DNA of 64,000 nt from the human T2T-CHM13v2.0 reference genome, Homo sapiens. The stretch lies in assembly GCF_009914755.1 (NCBI RefSeq), contig NC_060940.1; one strand, written 5' to 3'. The notes below the pieces were generated by a model, which was given only the letters and a program-made list of their open reading frames with translations, did not search any database and was not told where the DNA came from. Position numbers and translations under genes: made by a program. The number at the start of each line of letters is the position of its first letter. Within the stretch, counting starts at the first letter, position 1. Positions 11,715-32,719 of the stretch are shown piece after piece.

Positions 11715-12521
11715 GGCTGGGTGTGGTGGCTCACACCTATAATCCCAGCACTTTGGGAGGCCAAGGTAGCACAGGAATTAAAAGAAATTAAAAAATGTGT
11801 AAGCAAAAACTCAGCTGTATGTAAGAAAAAACCAATTCCCCCTGAGGAAGAAAAAGAGCTAAAGTCCTTTAAAAATTGACTGCCTGTTTTTCTGTGGCTA
11901 GTGAGCCTTATCTCTCCCTTTCCCAGGCATCGTGAAGACCCTGTTTCTCTAGCTGTGCAGCTGCAAGGTCACTAAACAGATAATCTCAAGTCATAACACA
12001 AGTTGTTCCTTAAAAAGTAAGAAATAATGTAATGCATGTCTTGACTGAATAACTATCTTTGTTTCTCGCTTCTGTAATATGCTTCCCCCAGCACAAATCT
12101 CCCCCCATCCCACAAAATGCTTAAAAGGTAACCGGACTCTTTGTTCAAGCCTCAGTCCTTTGGATGTGAATCCCACTGGGTCAGTGCACCTAAATAATTA
12201 AATAATTCCACCTTAACCCCTCGGTCTCTCTGATTCCTTAATTATCCCACTGCAGAGGTGGGTGGATCACCTGAGGTCAGGAGTTCGAGACCAGCTTGGC
12301 CAACATGGTGAGGCCCCGTCTCTACTAAAAATACAAAAATTAACCGGGCATGGTGGCGTGCACCTGTAATCCCCGCTACTAGAGGGGCTGAGGCAGGAAT
12401 TGCTTGAATCCAGGAGGCGGAGGTTGTGGTGAGCAGAGATTGCGCGACTGCTCTCTAGCTTGGGCAACAAGAATGAAACTCCGTCTCAAAAAAACAAAAC
12501 AAAACAAAACAAACAAACAAG
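11715..12521 (+). mobile_element. AluS in the second MaLR LTR, split by a solo LTR
   Basis: Alu 5' end 11715-11766 resumes at 12255; TSD AAAACATTAGATCTC / AAAACATCAGACCTC. Confidence 0.88.
11767..12254 (+). mobile_element. Solo ERV1-class LTR (LTR15-like, tentative), 488 bp
   Basis: Non-Alu insert ending in CA, 4-bp TSD AAGG/GAGG, TATA-like and poly(A)-like AT-rich motifs; family name from memory. Confidence 0.7.
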
Positions 12522-12679
12522 AAAAACATCAGACCTCGTGAGAACTCACTCAGTTTCACCAGAACAGCATGGTGGAAACCACCCCCGTGATCCAATCACT
12601 TCCTACCAGGTCCTTCCCTTGACATGTGGAGATTACAGTTCCAGATGAGATTTGAGTGGAATAGAGCCAAACCGTCTCA

Positions 12680-12779
12680 ATTGCACCCCGGATGTGCTGA
12701 CCCCTGTGATTTCCCCAAGTGTGGGACACTCGCCTGCATAATTTGTGGTAGTGGGGGACTGCATTCATACCTTCCCCTG
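12680..12779 (+). pseudogene. U1 snRNA retropseudogene, 3' part (nt ~65-164), followed by an A-rich tail
   Basis: ATTGCACCCCGGATGTGCTGACCCCTGTGATTTCCCC...AATTTGTGG (Sm site) TAGTGGGGGACTGC...TTCCCCTG, then (AAAAT)n 12780-12806. Confidence 0.93.
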
Positions 12780-14809
12780 AAAACAATAAAATAAAATAAA
12801 ATAAAAGTTGCTTAAATAGAATCAGGTGCCTGTCTCCAGGCTTCTCTGACAGGCGGGAACAGGGAGGCGGGGGGCCCAATAGTGACAGCAGAGACCGTGG
12901 CTCTGATGGACCTACCCACATTCCAGATGTGGAAAAGCAAGGCCAGGCCCCTGACTTTCTTATTGATAATGTGCATGGGTCTCCATGCCCTGGTGGGTTG
13001 CTTGAGGACTAGAGGATTTCAGCCTGGCGTGTCCTTGATTACAGAGCCGGAAGCACAGAACCGCTCCCTGATCGCCACCCCTGGGCCCCCGGCCTGAGGG
13101 GACTTTGGCCCTGCATCTTTCTTGTCATGACTCCCTCTTCTGTCCTCATCCCCCGGGCAGGGCTGGGGCCGCAAAATCTCCTTGGTTTTCTCCCAAGATC
13201 AAGGGCCCCAGGGGCTGGGGCAGAGCGGACTCAGGAGTCCCCCACTAGGCCCTGGTTTCAGGGGAGAGGCAAGAAGGCAGAGGTCAAATCTCTGGGCCTG
13301 AGGCCTCAGCACCCTGCAGTTGCAGAGCCTAGGGCGGCCAGGAGGAACAGCTGGGAGGGCACTTCTCACCATTTCTGAGGCCACGCTCAACGGGCCCGGC
13401 AGAGGCTCCCGTCTTCCTCCACTCCGTGCCTCCGCTGACTCACACAGACCACCCTCCCCCATTCAGGGGAGGCTTGGCAGCCAGCAGCAGCCGGTGAGAT
13501 AAAGATGGGGCTGGGGGCCCTGTCCTGTTCTGTTCCGTCCTTTCCTGGGGTTCCATGACTCCTGCCTTTGGGCTGAGCAGGAAGGAGGAAGGGGAAATGG
13601 GCCACAGCCTGGGGAGGAGCAAACACCCACAGGGGAGGCTCCCTGAGCAGCTCTCCTAGGGCTGAGCCCACGGTCTGGGAGGGACACTGGGGTGTGCTCG
13701 AGGGTGTGGGGGGCTTGGGGACCAGGAACATTGCTGGGAGTCAGTATGCCCCTCCCTGGTCTGCCCGTTTGGAGCATTGGATGCACTCTTGAGTTTTGGA
13801 GCACGCACTCCTTGGCGCAGCCTAGTGTCCAGCAGGGGAAACAGCTGGACAGCGACCCCGACAGTCACCTTTGGTGGCCCTGGTCACCCTGAGGGGCCCT
13901 GCTTGCTTCCAGCCCCTGTCCCAGCAGCTCCTGCAGGACTGAGGGAGGTGACCAGTGGGAAGGAATGATGTCACCAGGCTCTCTGGGCCCTGCTGCCCCC
14001 AGCCTTCCTGAGGAAGGAGGCAGCTGGATCCGGACTTCTCTCTGCAGAGCCTCAAAGAGCCCCGCAGGCTTTCCTCCTTCGCATCCTGCAGAAACCTCTG
14101 ATGTCCCTTTATCCTGGAAGGACTGTCTCTGGCCTGAGACCCCAGCTCTGAGGGGCCGCCCATGGCTCGACCCTGGTCCCGCCTCTCCTTACCCCGGGCC
14201 ACATGCTGGGATCTACCCTCTGCCACTGCTCAAGTTCTTTTTTGTTTTGTTTTGTTTTTCTGAGACAGAGTTTCACTCTGTCCCCAGGGGCTCTGTCACC
14301 CCCAGCCTGGACAGCAGTCTCCGCCTTCTAGCTGCCGTCCCTGGCCTTGCCTCTCTCAATCTATTTCCATGCAGTAGCCAAAGCTGAAGTGATTTTATTA
14401 CTAGAAAAGAAATCCCTCCCTGCCTGAGCCCTCTGCAGGTCTCCCATTGCACATGAGCCCAGGGCTGGCGTGTCAGCCCTCAGTCATTGGGAACTGTTGT
14501 GTCCCCCTCCGGGACAGATGCTGTCCAGCTGCATCTGGGGCTCCTCCCTTCCCCAGGCCTGGCTTCCTGATACTCCCTCTGCCAGGGCCGCCCCTCCCAC
14601 ATCCTTCCCAGGCCACCTTCCCCTTATTCCCCTCAATAACCCAGCACCTTCCCTGGCACACAGTAGGCACTCAATACATCAGGAGGGCTTCCCGTGCTTC
14701 AAATGTGGCCTCTCCCAACTCCTCACCCTCCATCTCTCAGTTGACTGATCCCTCCTCCTTGAAATGTCCTTTCCTGGGGTCCACAAGAGGAATTTCTCCT
14801 GCAACATCT

Positions 14810-15085
<276 letters not shown>

Positions 15086-15398
15086 CAACTTAAGGAGTCT
15101 TATGTGACAAGTGAGTACTTACCGCACAGCACAGATCAAGGGTAGACTCCAGAGGAGAAAACATTCCAGGGTCAGATTCCTTGGCTCTCCCCACAGCTGG
15201 CTGTGAAGGCTGACATCTCCCCCTTCTCCCTCATTCTGGGTGGCGACACTCTCCCCCCACCTGCTCCCAGTCAGCCTGCTCCAGAAGGTGCAGCTGTGTC
15301 CCTGTGCCCCAGAGGGAAAGCTGACAGTTCGAATTTTGGTGGGCTTGTAAAGAAATAAAGAGGGGCCATTTTGGAGAAGGCCATTTTACTTCGGGCGT

Positions 15399-15404
15399 TT
15401 TAAT
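15399..15404 (-). terminator. ZSCAN10: ATTAAA poly(A) signal of ZSCAN10 (AGTAAA variant just downstream)
   Basis: TTTAAT on plus, about 165 nt past the stop codon. Confidence 0.6.
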
Positions 15405-15569
15405 TACATAGCTGAGGCCAGAAAGCAATGCCTCGGCCAGGGAAGGACAGCTGTGAAAGTGGAAGGAGAGGGAAGTGGGGTGTGGTGGGAAGGGACATTC
15501 CTGCAGGCCTCCGCTGTGGAGGACCCCGGGTAGGTGGCGCAGGGCGCGGCTGGCGGAAGGCGGGCCAAG

Positions 15570-17125
15570 CTAGTACAGCGTCTCGCGGGCGTGGGTGCGC
15601 AGGTGGCGCAGCAGGTGGGAGTTGCGGCTGAAGCTGCGGCCACACTGCGTGCAGGAGTAGGGCCTGGCGCCCGTGTGCACCAGCAGGTGTCGCAGCAGAT
15701 TGCAGCTGCGGCTGAAGCTCTTCCCGCACTCCACGCACTCCTGCGGGGGCTCGGCCTGCTCCTGCCCGGGCTCCGCATGGGTAGCCAGGTGCCGCCGCAG
15801 ATGCGCGTTGCGCCGGAAGCTGCGACCGCACGTCTGACAGCTGTAGGGCCGCTCGCCCGTGTGGCTGCGGCGATGGCGGGCCAGGTTGGAGCTATTGCGG
15901 AAACGGTGGCCGCAGGTGTCGCAGGCGTGGGGCTTCTCCCCTGTGTGGATGCGCTGGTGGCGCGCCAGGTGGGCGCTCTGGCTGAAGCCCTCACCGCACT
16001 CGCTGCAGCGGCAGGGCTTCTCGCCCGTGTGGCTGCGCTGGTGGCGGGCCAGATCCTGGGTCTGGCCGAAACTCTTCCCGCACTGGGTGCAGTGGTGGGG
16101 CCGAGGGCCACCGTGGGTCAGCAGGTGGCGGGCAAGGCTGGCCCGGCGCACAAAGCGCTTCCCGCACTGCGGACAGGCGTAGGGCTTCTCGCCCGTGTGC
16201 ACCCGTTGGTGGCTGACCAGCTGCGAGCTCTGCGTGAAGCTGCGGCCGCAAGCCTGGCAGGAGAAGGGCCGCTCGCCCGTGTGCACCCTCCGGTGGGCCA
16301 CCAGGTGCTCGCTGCGCCGGAAGGCCTTGCCGCAGTCGCTGCACACGAAGGGCCTCCGGTCGGAGTCCCGGCGGCGGCTGCCGGAGCCTTCGGAGGACCG
16401 GCGGTCCTTGTCCCTGGCGTGGATCCGCAGGTGGCGCTTGAGGCTGGAGCGGCGCTGGAAGCTCTGGCCGCAGTGGGAGCACAGGACATCGGTCAGTGGC
16501 GGCGCTTCGGCCTTACTCTCAGGAGCGCAGGGCGGCTTCTGGTCCTGGGCGTGCGCCAGCAGGTGCTGCACAAGGCTGGCGCGGCGCTGGAAGCCGCGGC
16601 CGCACTCTGCGCACAGGAAGGCGGGTTCGGAGGAGTGGGTCAGCAGGTGCTTGCTCAGGTGCGAGCTCTGGCGGAAGCGGTGGCCGCACAGGTGGCAGGC
16701 GTGCGGCCGCTCGTCCGTGTGAGTGCGCATGTGCAGCTTGAGAATGGAGCTGCGGCCGAAGCTCTTCCCGCAGCAAAGGCACAGGAAGGAGCGCCCAGCC
16801 GGGTGCGAGCGCAGCTGGTGCGCCTTCAGGCGAGACAGCTGCGGGAAGCTCACCCCGCAGTCCGCGCAGATGAACTGCAACTCCGGATTGGGCTCGGGGA
16901 CGCCCTCAGCCACTTTGACCTCCAAAATTTCACTGCTGCCAAGAAGGGACCCATCTTCACCAGGGCCGCTAGCCGCAGCGCCCCGTCCGAGCGACTGGGC
17001 GCAAGGCTCTCCCGGCACCCCAGGACTATCTGCCTGGGACTCTGCTAAGATGGGAGTGGGCCAGGCAGCCCCTTTGGGCTCTTCTTGTTTAAATTCCTCC
17101 TTGTCTGGGGTTCTGCTTCCGAATC
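15570..17125 (-). CDS. ZSCAN10: ZSCAN10 last coding exon, 14 C2H2 zinc fingers
   Basis: Acceptor TTTCCCAG|GA at 17125; C2H2 array with TGEKP/TGERP linkers ending HARETLY*. The five exons sum to 2343 nt = 780 aa + stop. Confidence 0.96.
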
Positions 17126-17331
17126 CTGGGAAACAAGACAAAACAGGGACGGTCAGGCCTATTCCCAGGGCCACTATCAATCACCAGAACCTGATTGGCC
17201 TGGAAGTGGAAAGAAACCCAGGATCCTGCAAAGCTGGTAGGTAAAAGGCCGGGCACAGTGGTTCACGCCTGTAATTTCAGCACTTTGGGAGCCCGAGGCG
17301 GGCGGATCACTTGAAGTCAGGAGTGAGTTCA

Positions 17332-17631
<300 letters not shown>

Positions 17632-18018
17632 CTACAAAAAGTTAGCTGGGCGTGGTGGCACACACCTATAGTCCCAGCTACTCGGGAGGCTGAGGTGGGA
17701 GGATTACCTGAGCCCAGGAGGTCCCGGCTGCAGTGAGCCATGATTGTGCCACAGTCTGGGCGAGTAACATCCTGTTTCAAAAAACAAAAAGGCCAAAAAG
17801 TCAGGTAGGGTCTGGAGCTTCAGGCAAAGAAAGAGGTGTTGGCCGGTCACGGTGGCTCATGCCTGTAATCCTAGTACTTTGGGAGGCTGAGGTGGGAGGA
17901 TCACTTGAGCCCAGGAGTGGAGACTAGCCTGGGCAACATAGCGAGATTCCATCTCTTTAAAAAAGACAAGAAAAGAAAGAGGCATCAGTGGTCACTTCTC
18001 CAGGGAAGGGTTGCTTAC

Positions 18019-18076
18019 CCAGGGGGTGTGCAGGCCACGCCTTATTCTCTGGCACATCCTCAAAGGTCAGGCACTC
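18019..18076 (-). CDS. ZSCAN10: ZSCAN10 coding exon 4 (ECLTFEDVPENKAWPAHPLG)
   Basis: AG/GT boundaries (GTAAGC donor), phase-consistent. Confidence 0.9.
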
Positions 18077-18242
18077 CTGTATCAAGAGCAGAAACCCTTG
18101 GTGAGTGAGGAACATGCCTCAGGAACCTGTGGGGACTGAAATGCTTCCTAGGACTGAATCAGGGAAGGTATGGATTTGCTAAAACTACAGCGTAGAGAAG
18201 TTCCTGGGGCTTGAGGACACCCTGGGGTGCGGCCCAGCTCAC

Positions 18243-18307
18243 CAGCACAGCCGCCAGCTCCTGATCTCGGGAACTCTCCTCTGGCCATGGTGAGGGGCCC
18301 TGGGGAC
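18243..18307 (-). CDS. ZSCAN10: ZSCAN10 coding exon 3 (PQGPSPWPEESSRDQELAAVL)
   Basis: CAG acceptor, GTGAGC donor, phase-consistent. Confidence 0.9.
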
Positions 18308-18527
18308 CTGACGGCATTGGGGAAGAGGGGAGGAAGTGCTGTTAGAAGGCAGCCCTGCCTGCCATATGGCTGCAAGGACACACACCGCATCATCCGGGCC
18401 CTGTGAAGACACCTTGGCGCTCTCCTGTCCTGGTCACCTGGGGAGGCCCCACTTCTCACCCCACCCCAGACATCCAGGCCCCTCCGCGACACCCAGTCCT
18501 TGGCCTCCTAGGGCACAAGCTCCTCAC

Positions 18528-18795
18528 TGCTTTCTTGCAGGGCCTGGAATGTCTTCTGGGGCCCCGGGCTCAGCGGCTGCTTTGAACTTGGGGGAAGCCT
18601 CCACTGTCCCGGCTCAGCAGGCTGGGCAGCCCTTGGCTGGGGTCGGGGAGGCTCATCCGATGGGCCCAGCACTGAAGGCTCTTCCGCAGGCAATTCCTTC
18701 TTGGGGCTGTGGCTGGGGACCTGGGAAGCACACCCCTTTTCCTCCAAGGTGACGTCTGCACGGGGACAACTCTTGCCAGCATTACAACTAAAATC
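18528..18795 (-). CDS. ZSCAN10: ZSCAN10 coding exon 2 (DFSCNAGK...ALQES)
   Basis: Within ORF 18508..18810; acceptor TTTTGAACAG, donor GTGAGG. Confidence 0.92.
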
Positions 18796-19020
18796 CTGTT
18801 CAAAACACATTCAAGTTAAGTGACTCCCGGGGTGGCAACCTGTGTCCTGACTCCGAGGGGACATGGGACAGAAACGAGGTTAGAGTCAGCCAGGGGAGGA
18901 GTTAGGAGGTGAAGAAGGAATGGTCAGGTGGGGGAAAGTGGAGTTTCCAGAGATTCCTCACTGGGGGGATCAAGTCCCCATCATCCGCATGCTGCTCAGC
19001 CCGCTGCCCCACCCTCTCAC

Positions 19021-19416
19021 CAGCGGCCCCGCGTGGCTGGGCTCCCGGTGGATGCCCTCGAGCAGCAGCACCACCTCCTCCCCATCCCTGAGCGGCTGCC
19101 CCTGCAGGCGGCCCAGGAGGTGCGGAGGCAGCACACTCAGGAACTGCTCCAGCACCAGCAGCTCCAGGATCTGTTTCTTGGTGTGCAGAGCCGGCCGCAG
19201 CCAGTGGCCGCAGAGCTCCCGGAGCCGGCTCAGGGACGCCCGTGGCCCCATGTCCTCCTGATACTGGAAGCATCTGAACAGCTGGTGAGCCACCTCGGGC
19301 CTCAGCCTGGACTCTGGTCGCCTGGGGTCCTCTGGGCTGACAGCCTCCTCCTCCTCCAGCTTGACTTCCCCCAGCTGCTCCTGCTCCAGGGCAGCTGGGA
19401 CTGATTCTCCAAGCAT
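19021..19416 (-). CDS. ZSCAN10: ZSCAN10 first coding exon, SCAN domain
   Basis: MLGESV...[47 protein letters not shown]; donor GTGAGA; exon acceptor at 19483. Confidence 0.95.
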
Positions 19417-19724
19417 CCTTCACTGCGGGGATGCCTCCCTAACGCCAGCCCCGCTCTTGGGTCTCTCTCCTCTCCTCCCACACCTGCGAAGGTGAACACC
19501 CTGGGTTAGGATCTGCTGCGAGGAAGCTGGCCCCATACCTGGGTCATCCATGTTAAAAGACACCCAATACGCAGACCCAGAGGAATCGCTTTTCTCACTG
19601 GGTAATGGCTCACGAGGGCAGGACAGCCCCCGGTCTCAGGGTTACCAACAAAGCAAAGGCCAGAGAAAACTGACAGTTCTGTATTATCATCCCTCCTTAA
19701 AGCATTTAGAGATTTACATCACTT

Positions 19725-24580
<4,856 letters not shown>

Positions 24581-25670
24581 GAGTGGGGGAGGGGGAAGAA
24601 AATGGGATTGCGTTTCACTGGTTTTTAGTAGCATGCACAAAATAACAAGAAAACTAATCACTGCTCATCCATTGCCGTGCAGGAGCAGCGGGCAGGTACT
24701 GAGTGTCTGGCGATTAAGCTCATTTCATCCCAGTCCAGCCCACGCACGAAACAATCACTTCTCCCTTTGCCAAGTGCAAAGACCAAGCTTTGCACTTGGT
24801 GACATGCTCAGGGTCACACCAGGTGGAGCCAAGGTTTGCTTTAGGCTGAGAGTGTAGGTCTAGAACACAGTGCCAAAGCTCTGAAACAGAAAAGGAACTG
24901 ATCTCCATCCTGCTCTGTGCCATTTTCCTAGCCTTAGCCGAAATATCACAGCATGAAACAGAAAAAAAATGAAGATTCCAAATTTCAGCTCTCAGGGCAA
25001 GCCACACAGGGAGGCCGGAATCTCCAGGTGAGATCTCTCCAAAAGGTTTCAAAGAGGTGGAATTCGAGACAAGTTGGCTTCAGAGAATCTCTCCCTCCCC
25101 CCAGATCTCCAGGACAAAAGCTCTGTTAATATGCACCTCTGTTGGGGGTGGGCTGGGTAGGGAGGCAGGCAGAGGCTCTACAGCCACCATCCAACATTTG
25201 AGCAGCTTAATTTGGAGCCCGGGGTGGAGGTGCTGCCACGAGACCCACCCAGGTCACCTGAGAGCCCAGAGTTGGGGAAGGCGGCAAAGGTGGGGTCCTC
25301 AGCCGGGAACACTCCCTTTCTCCCTGGACACAGTTGGCAGCTGCCTGATTTGTTGTTTGTTGGAGGGGCCTCCCTCCGCGTGCTGGGCTGAGTGGACAAG
25401 GCCCATCAGTCCACCTGGGAGCACGTGAAGCCAGCCTTCTTCAATGTCACAGGAAGTTCTGCGATCTCCCTCGTCCCCAACGCCCCCATCGCGACAGGTC
25501 CACCAAGCTGGCTGGCACGAGGCTCCCCAGCAGACCCTCTACATCCTCCCAAGACTCTTCCAGCCCCCACCCCAGCACCAAGGCCTGGAGCCTCCCCTGC
25601 TCTCTCCAAGCTGCTGCGAGCTCCTAGCACCCGTCCTGGCAGCCTGCACCCCGACCTCCCTCCAACTCAC

Positions 25671-25790
25671 CACTCGGAGTCCCCACTACACAGGCAGAGA
25701 TGCTGGGGGGTTTTCTGAGGACTCCAGGGCCAAAGCCAGCCTCCGCCAGCCTGGGGAAGGGCTCTGGGAAAATGGAACAGGAAGTTCCTT
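25671..25790 (-). other. ZSCAN10: Probable non-coding first exon of ZSCAN10
   Basis: Strong donor GTG|GTGAGT at 25671/25670 on minus, GC box and ETS-like motifs just upstream; TSS position approximate. Confidence 0.5.
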
Positions 25791-25948
25791 GCCCCAGTCC
25801 CATCCCATCCAGGTGATGAGGGGCTTCCTAGAGTTAACCCTTAAGCTCCCAGTTTGGGAGCGGGATGGGAAGAGGGCGGGGCCAGTGACATGAAGACAAA
25901 GTGAGAAATCCAGATTTCAATCCCAGCCTGTGTGAGAGTGTAACCACC
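25750..25948. repeat. 199-bp direct repeat, copy 2, overlapping the putative ZSCAN10 promoter
   Basis: Matches 23871-24069; contains GGGCGGGG and CAGGAAGT. Confidence 0.9.
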
Positions 25949-26649
25949 TCCCAAATCAAGACTGGCCTGGTGCCCCTTGCAGGTCTGCCCGTCTTTCCTT
26001 TGGGCTAAGAGCTGCCATTTTTAAATGCCCACAGTGTGCTGGCTTCTTTGCTAGGCTTTTCATTCACGTGACTACTCTTTGCAATGGCCTCCTGTGTGCC
26101 AGGCACTGTTACAAAGCAGGGGCTAAGGACACAGAGAGAAACTGAAGGAATGAGGCCCTGCTCTCAGGGGCTTACATTCTAGGGCAAAGGAGCAGCGACG
26201 GTGCTAGGAAAAAATGGAAGAGGAGGATGTGATGGGGCAGAGTTTGCTCCATCTACACGGTCACCTAAAGTCCTCCCAAGTCCTGCCAGGTGGCTTTTGT
26301 CCCAACTTTACCGATGACGAAGCAAGGGCTCCCCGGGAGGGAAGTGACCTAACCAACAGCGTTTGGCCCCAAACTAATTCCATCCCTGTGCTTAAGGTGC
26401 CTTCTTGGGTTGTGCCCTTGGCTGCAGCTGGTGCCTTCCTGAGCGTTCTGAGCCCCCGGGGAGCCAGGACCACCTCTCAGGTGTTGGCCGTTCCCCCGGC
26501 CTAGACCCCTCGGTCCGTTGGGGCCAGGACCCTCCTGACTGGCTCATCTGACGGGTCTTTGTTTTCCTGCACTTAACACCTGAGCTCATCCTGTTCCTAC
26601 TTCAGTTGTCTAGTGCTCCCTTCGTACGACGGTCTTTCTCCTTGGTCTG

Positions 26650-26900
26650 CTCTGCATTCCCCGCGTCCCGCGCCTCGCTCTCCCAGTCGCGGGCTCCTCC
26701 CACTCCATAGTTTGTTCAGGGGCGGGGCCAGAAAACCCCGCCCCCAGGGAAGTGGGCCTGAAGGCCAAGGGGCGGGGCGGGGTTCTGTAGGGACGGAGGG
26801 GGCGTGTCCGGGGCGGGGCGGGGTGCTGTAGCGCCGGAGCGGGTGTGGCCTTGGCGGGACCAGGCAGCCATTACAGTCTCGGAAGCGAGAGGCGTGGGGC
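26650..26900. promoter_or_regulatory. Small CpG-rich GC-box cluster
   Basis: At least five GGGGCGGGG/CCCCGCCCC Sp/KLF motifs plus GGAAG motifs. Confidence 0.6.
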
Positions 26901-28074
26901 CTGTCTCATCATGCCCGGTTCATTTTTTTTTTTTTTTTTTTTTTTGTAGAGATGGGGTTTCATCATTTTGGCCAGGCTAGTCTTGAACTCCTGAACTCAG
27001 GTGATCCACCTGCCTTGGCCTCCCAAAGTGCTGGGATTACAGGCATGAGCCACCGCACTCAGCCTCTTTAATCACCTGAGGTCAGGAGTTCAAGACTAGC
27101 CTGGACAACATGGTGAAACCCCATCTCTACTAAAAATTTTTGTTTCTTTTAAAATTGTAATTTTCCCAATTCCACTTATTTTATTTTATTAGAGACAAGG
27201 TCTTGCCATATCTCCCAGGCTGGACTCAAACTCCTGGGTTAAAGTGATCCTCCCATCTCGGTCTACCAAGGAGCTGGGACTACAGCTGGGACTCCATGCC
27301 ATCGAGCGTTCTTTCCCTCTCGTTGCTGAATGATTTTCCTCATTACATCAGTTATTCATTCTGCTATGGGTAGCCCGTGGGCAGTTTTCAGTTTGGGGCT
27401 ATCTCTAGTGGTTCTCATATGTCTCTGGTGACCATATATGGGACAGCAGTCTGAAGTAGGTGAAGAGCAGAGTGAGAGGTTAGGTTTATCTTTGGGAGGT
27501 AAGGACTGCACGTGTGTACTCCGAGGTCTGAGGCCACCGAGGAAGCCTCAGGGACTGGCCTCCGTGTAGAGCTGCTCTCACTGCCCTGGGCATTGGGGAC
27601 AAGGCCAGGACAAGCAGGACCCCGTGCGTGTTTCCTCGAATGGCTTATGGTCGCTTCAGAAAGACACTGGGTGTTTGTTGGCGTTCGGGCTGCCAGGGCC
27701 ATCGAATCCGGTTGTCTGCCAGGGTGTGCAGGGGGAGTGGCGCTTTTCAGGTGTAGGAACAGCTCTGGAAATAAACGAGGGATGGAAAAAGGAGACAGAC
27801 TAGGCCCTCCACAGCCCAGCTGCATGTGTCCTTGGCGAAGTCACTTTTCATTTGAAAACCATCACTGCCTCCTCTGTAATGTGTGAACGATGATCCCACC
27901 TCCCAGATGTATTGCAGGAGAGGGTTGTAGAAGAGAAGGTTTGCAAAAGCACTGAGACCTGAAAGATAATAAACGTGTATGAATCCGTACCTGACGCTAG
28001 GGGGCGTTAAAGAGAGTGTGGTTCCCTACTGGGTTGGGGTCAACTGTGCGGAGTGGGACGGGGAACCTTTGGAG

Positions 28075-28690
<616 letters not shown>

Positions 28691-28976
28691 GACCTCAGAG
28701 TTGTGGTGTTTCCTGCGGGGAAAGACTATTGTGGCTGCTGGAGGGCGGAAGACGAATAACAATAGGCGGAGTGCAGGGCACTGGGTTGCCTTAGGACCTC
28801 GCCTTTCCCCTGGAGAACACAGCTGCTTCCTGAAATGATCAGGAACCTAAAACCTCTGCAGGGAAGAAGGGGAGATGGGAAGTGAGGAAGGAGCCCCGGG
28901 GGACACCGGGGAAGTGAGTAAATGGAGCCGGGGCAGCTTGATTTGCAGCAAATTTATGATTTTAAAGGCCCGGCAA

Positions 28977-32180
<3,204 letters not shown>

Positions 32181-32719
32181 GCACCTGGTGTTGTTGCCTA
32201 GGGATGCTCTTCCTGTCCTCCCGGGGTTTGTTCAAGACGGGAATAGGCTGTTTTTCCCAACTGTGAGAGGCAGGCTGCCCAGGCTGAGATTTGTGAGCCA
32301 GGTTTAGGCCAGAAGCCTGGGGCTGAGGACACTCCTGCGGGAGCGTGAGGATAGCCTCTCTTCCCGCCCTATTTGCAAGCTCAGATGTCTGTTCATTCAC
32401 TAGAAAGCCACCAAGGCTCCATGGTAGTAGCTGTTGGGGTGGTTCCTGTTACTGCAAGGCAAGGGTGTCAAGACGTGGGTGGTGAGCAGAAGCCTGGTTA
32501 AGGAAATTGTAACAGACTCATACAAGAGAATGCTACCTAGTTTAAAAAAAAAAAAAAAGAGCAAGGCAACGATGCATTTTTTTTCTATTTTTCTCCTTTT
32601 CTCTATGTTTTTTATTTTGAACAATCTCTAAGATATATGTCACCCACACAGAGGGGGCAAGACCCAGGTAGACCATATAGTATAGTCCCATTTTTTAAAC
32701 AAAACCAAACACCCAAAGC

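Noticed and set aside
15534-17048. 504-aa plus-strand ORF antisense to ZSCAN10
   Set aside because: In-register antisense shadow of a GC3-rich zinc-finger exon; low-complexity Ala/Val/Gly product. The same applies to 45884..46411 and 46454..46942 over ZNF205.
17126-17180. Hydrophobic N-terminus MIVALGIGLTVPVLSCFP of the 536-aa ORF as a signal peptide
   Set aside because: It is intron and polypyrimidine-tract read-through upstream of the acceptor at 17125.
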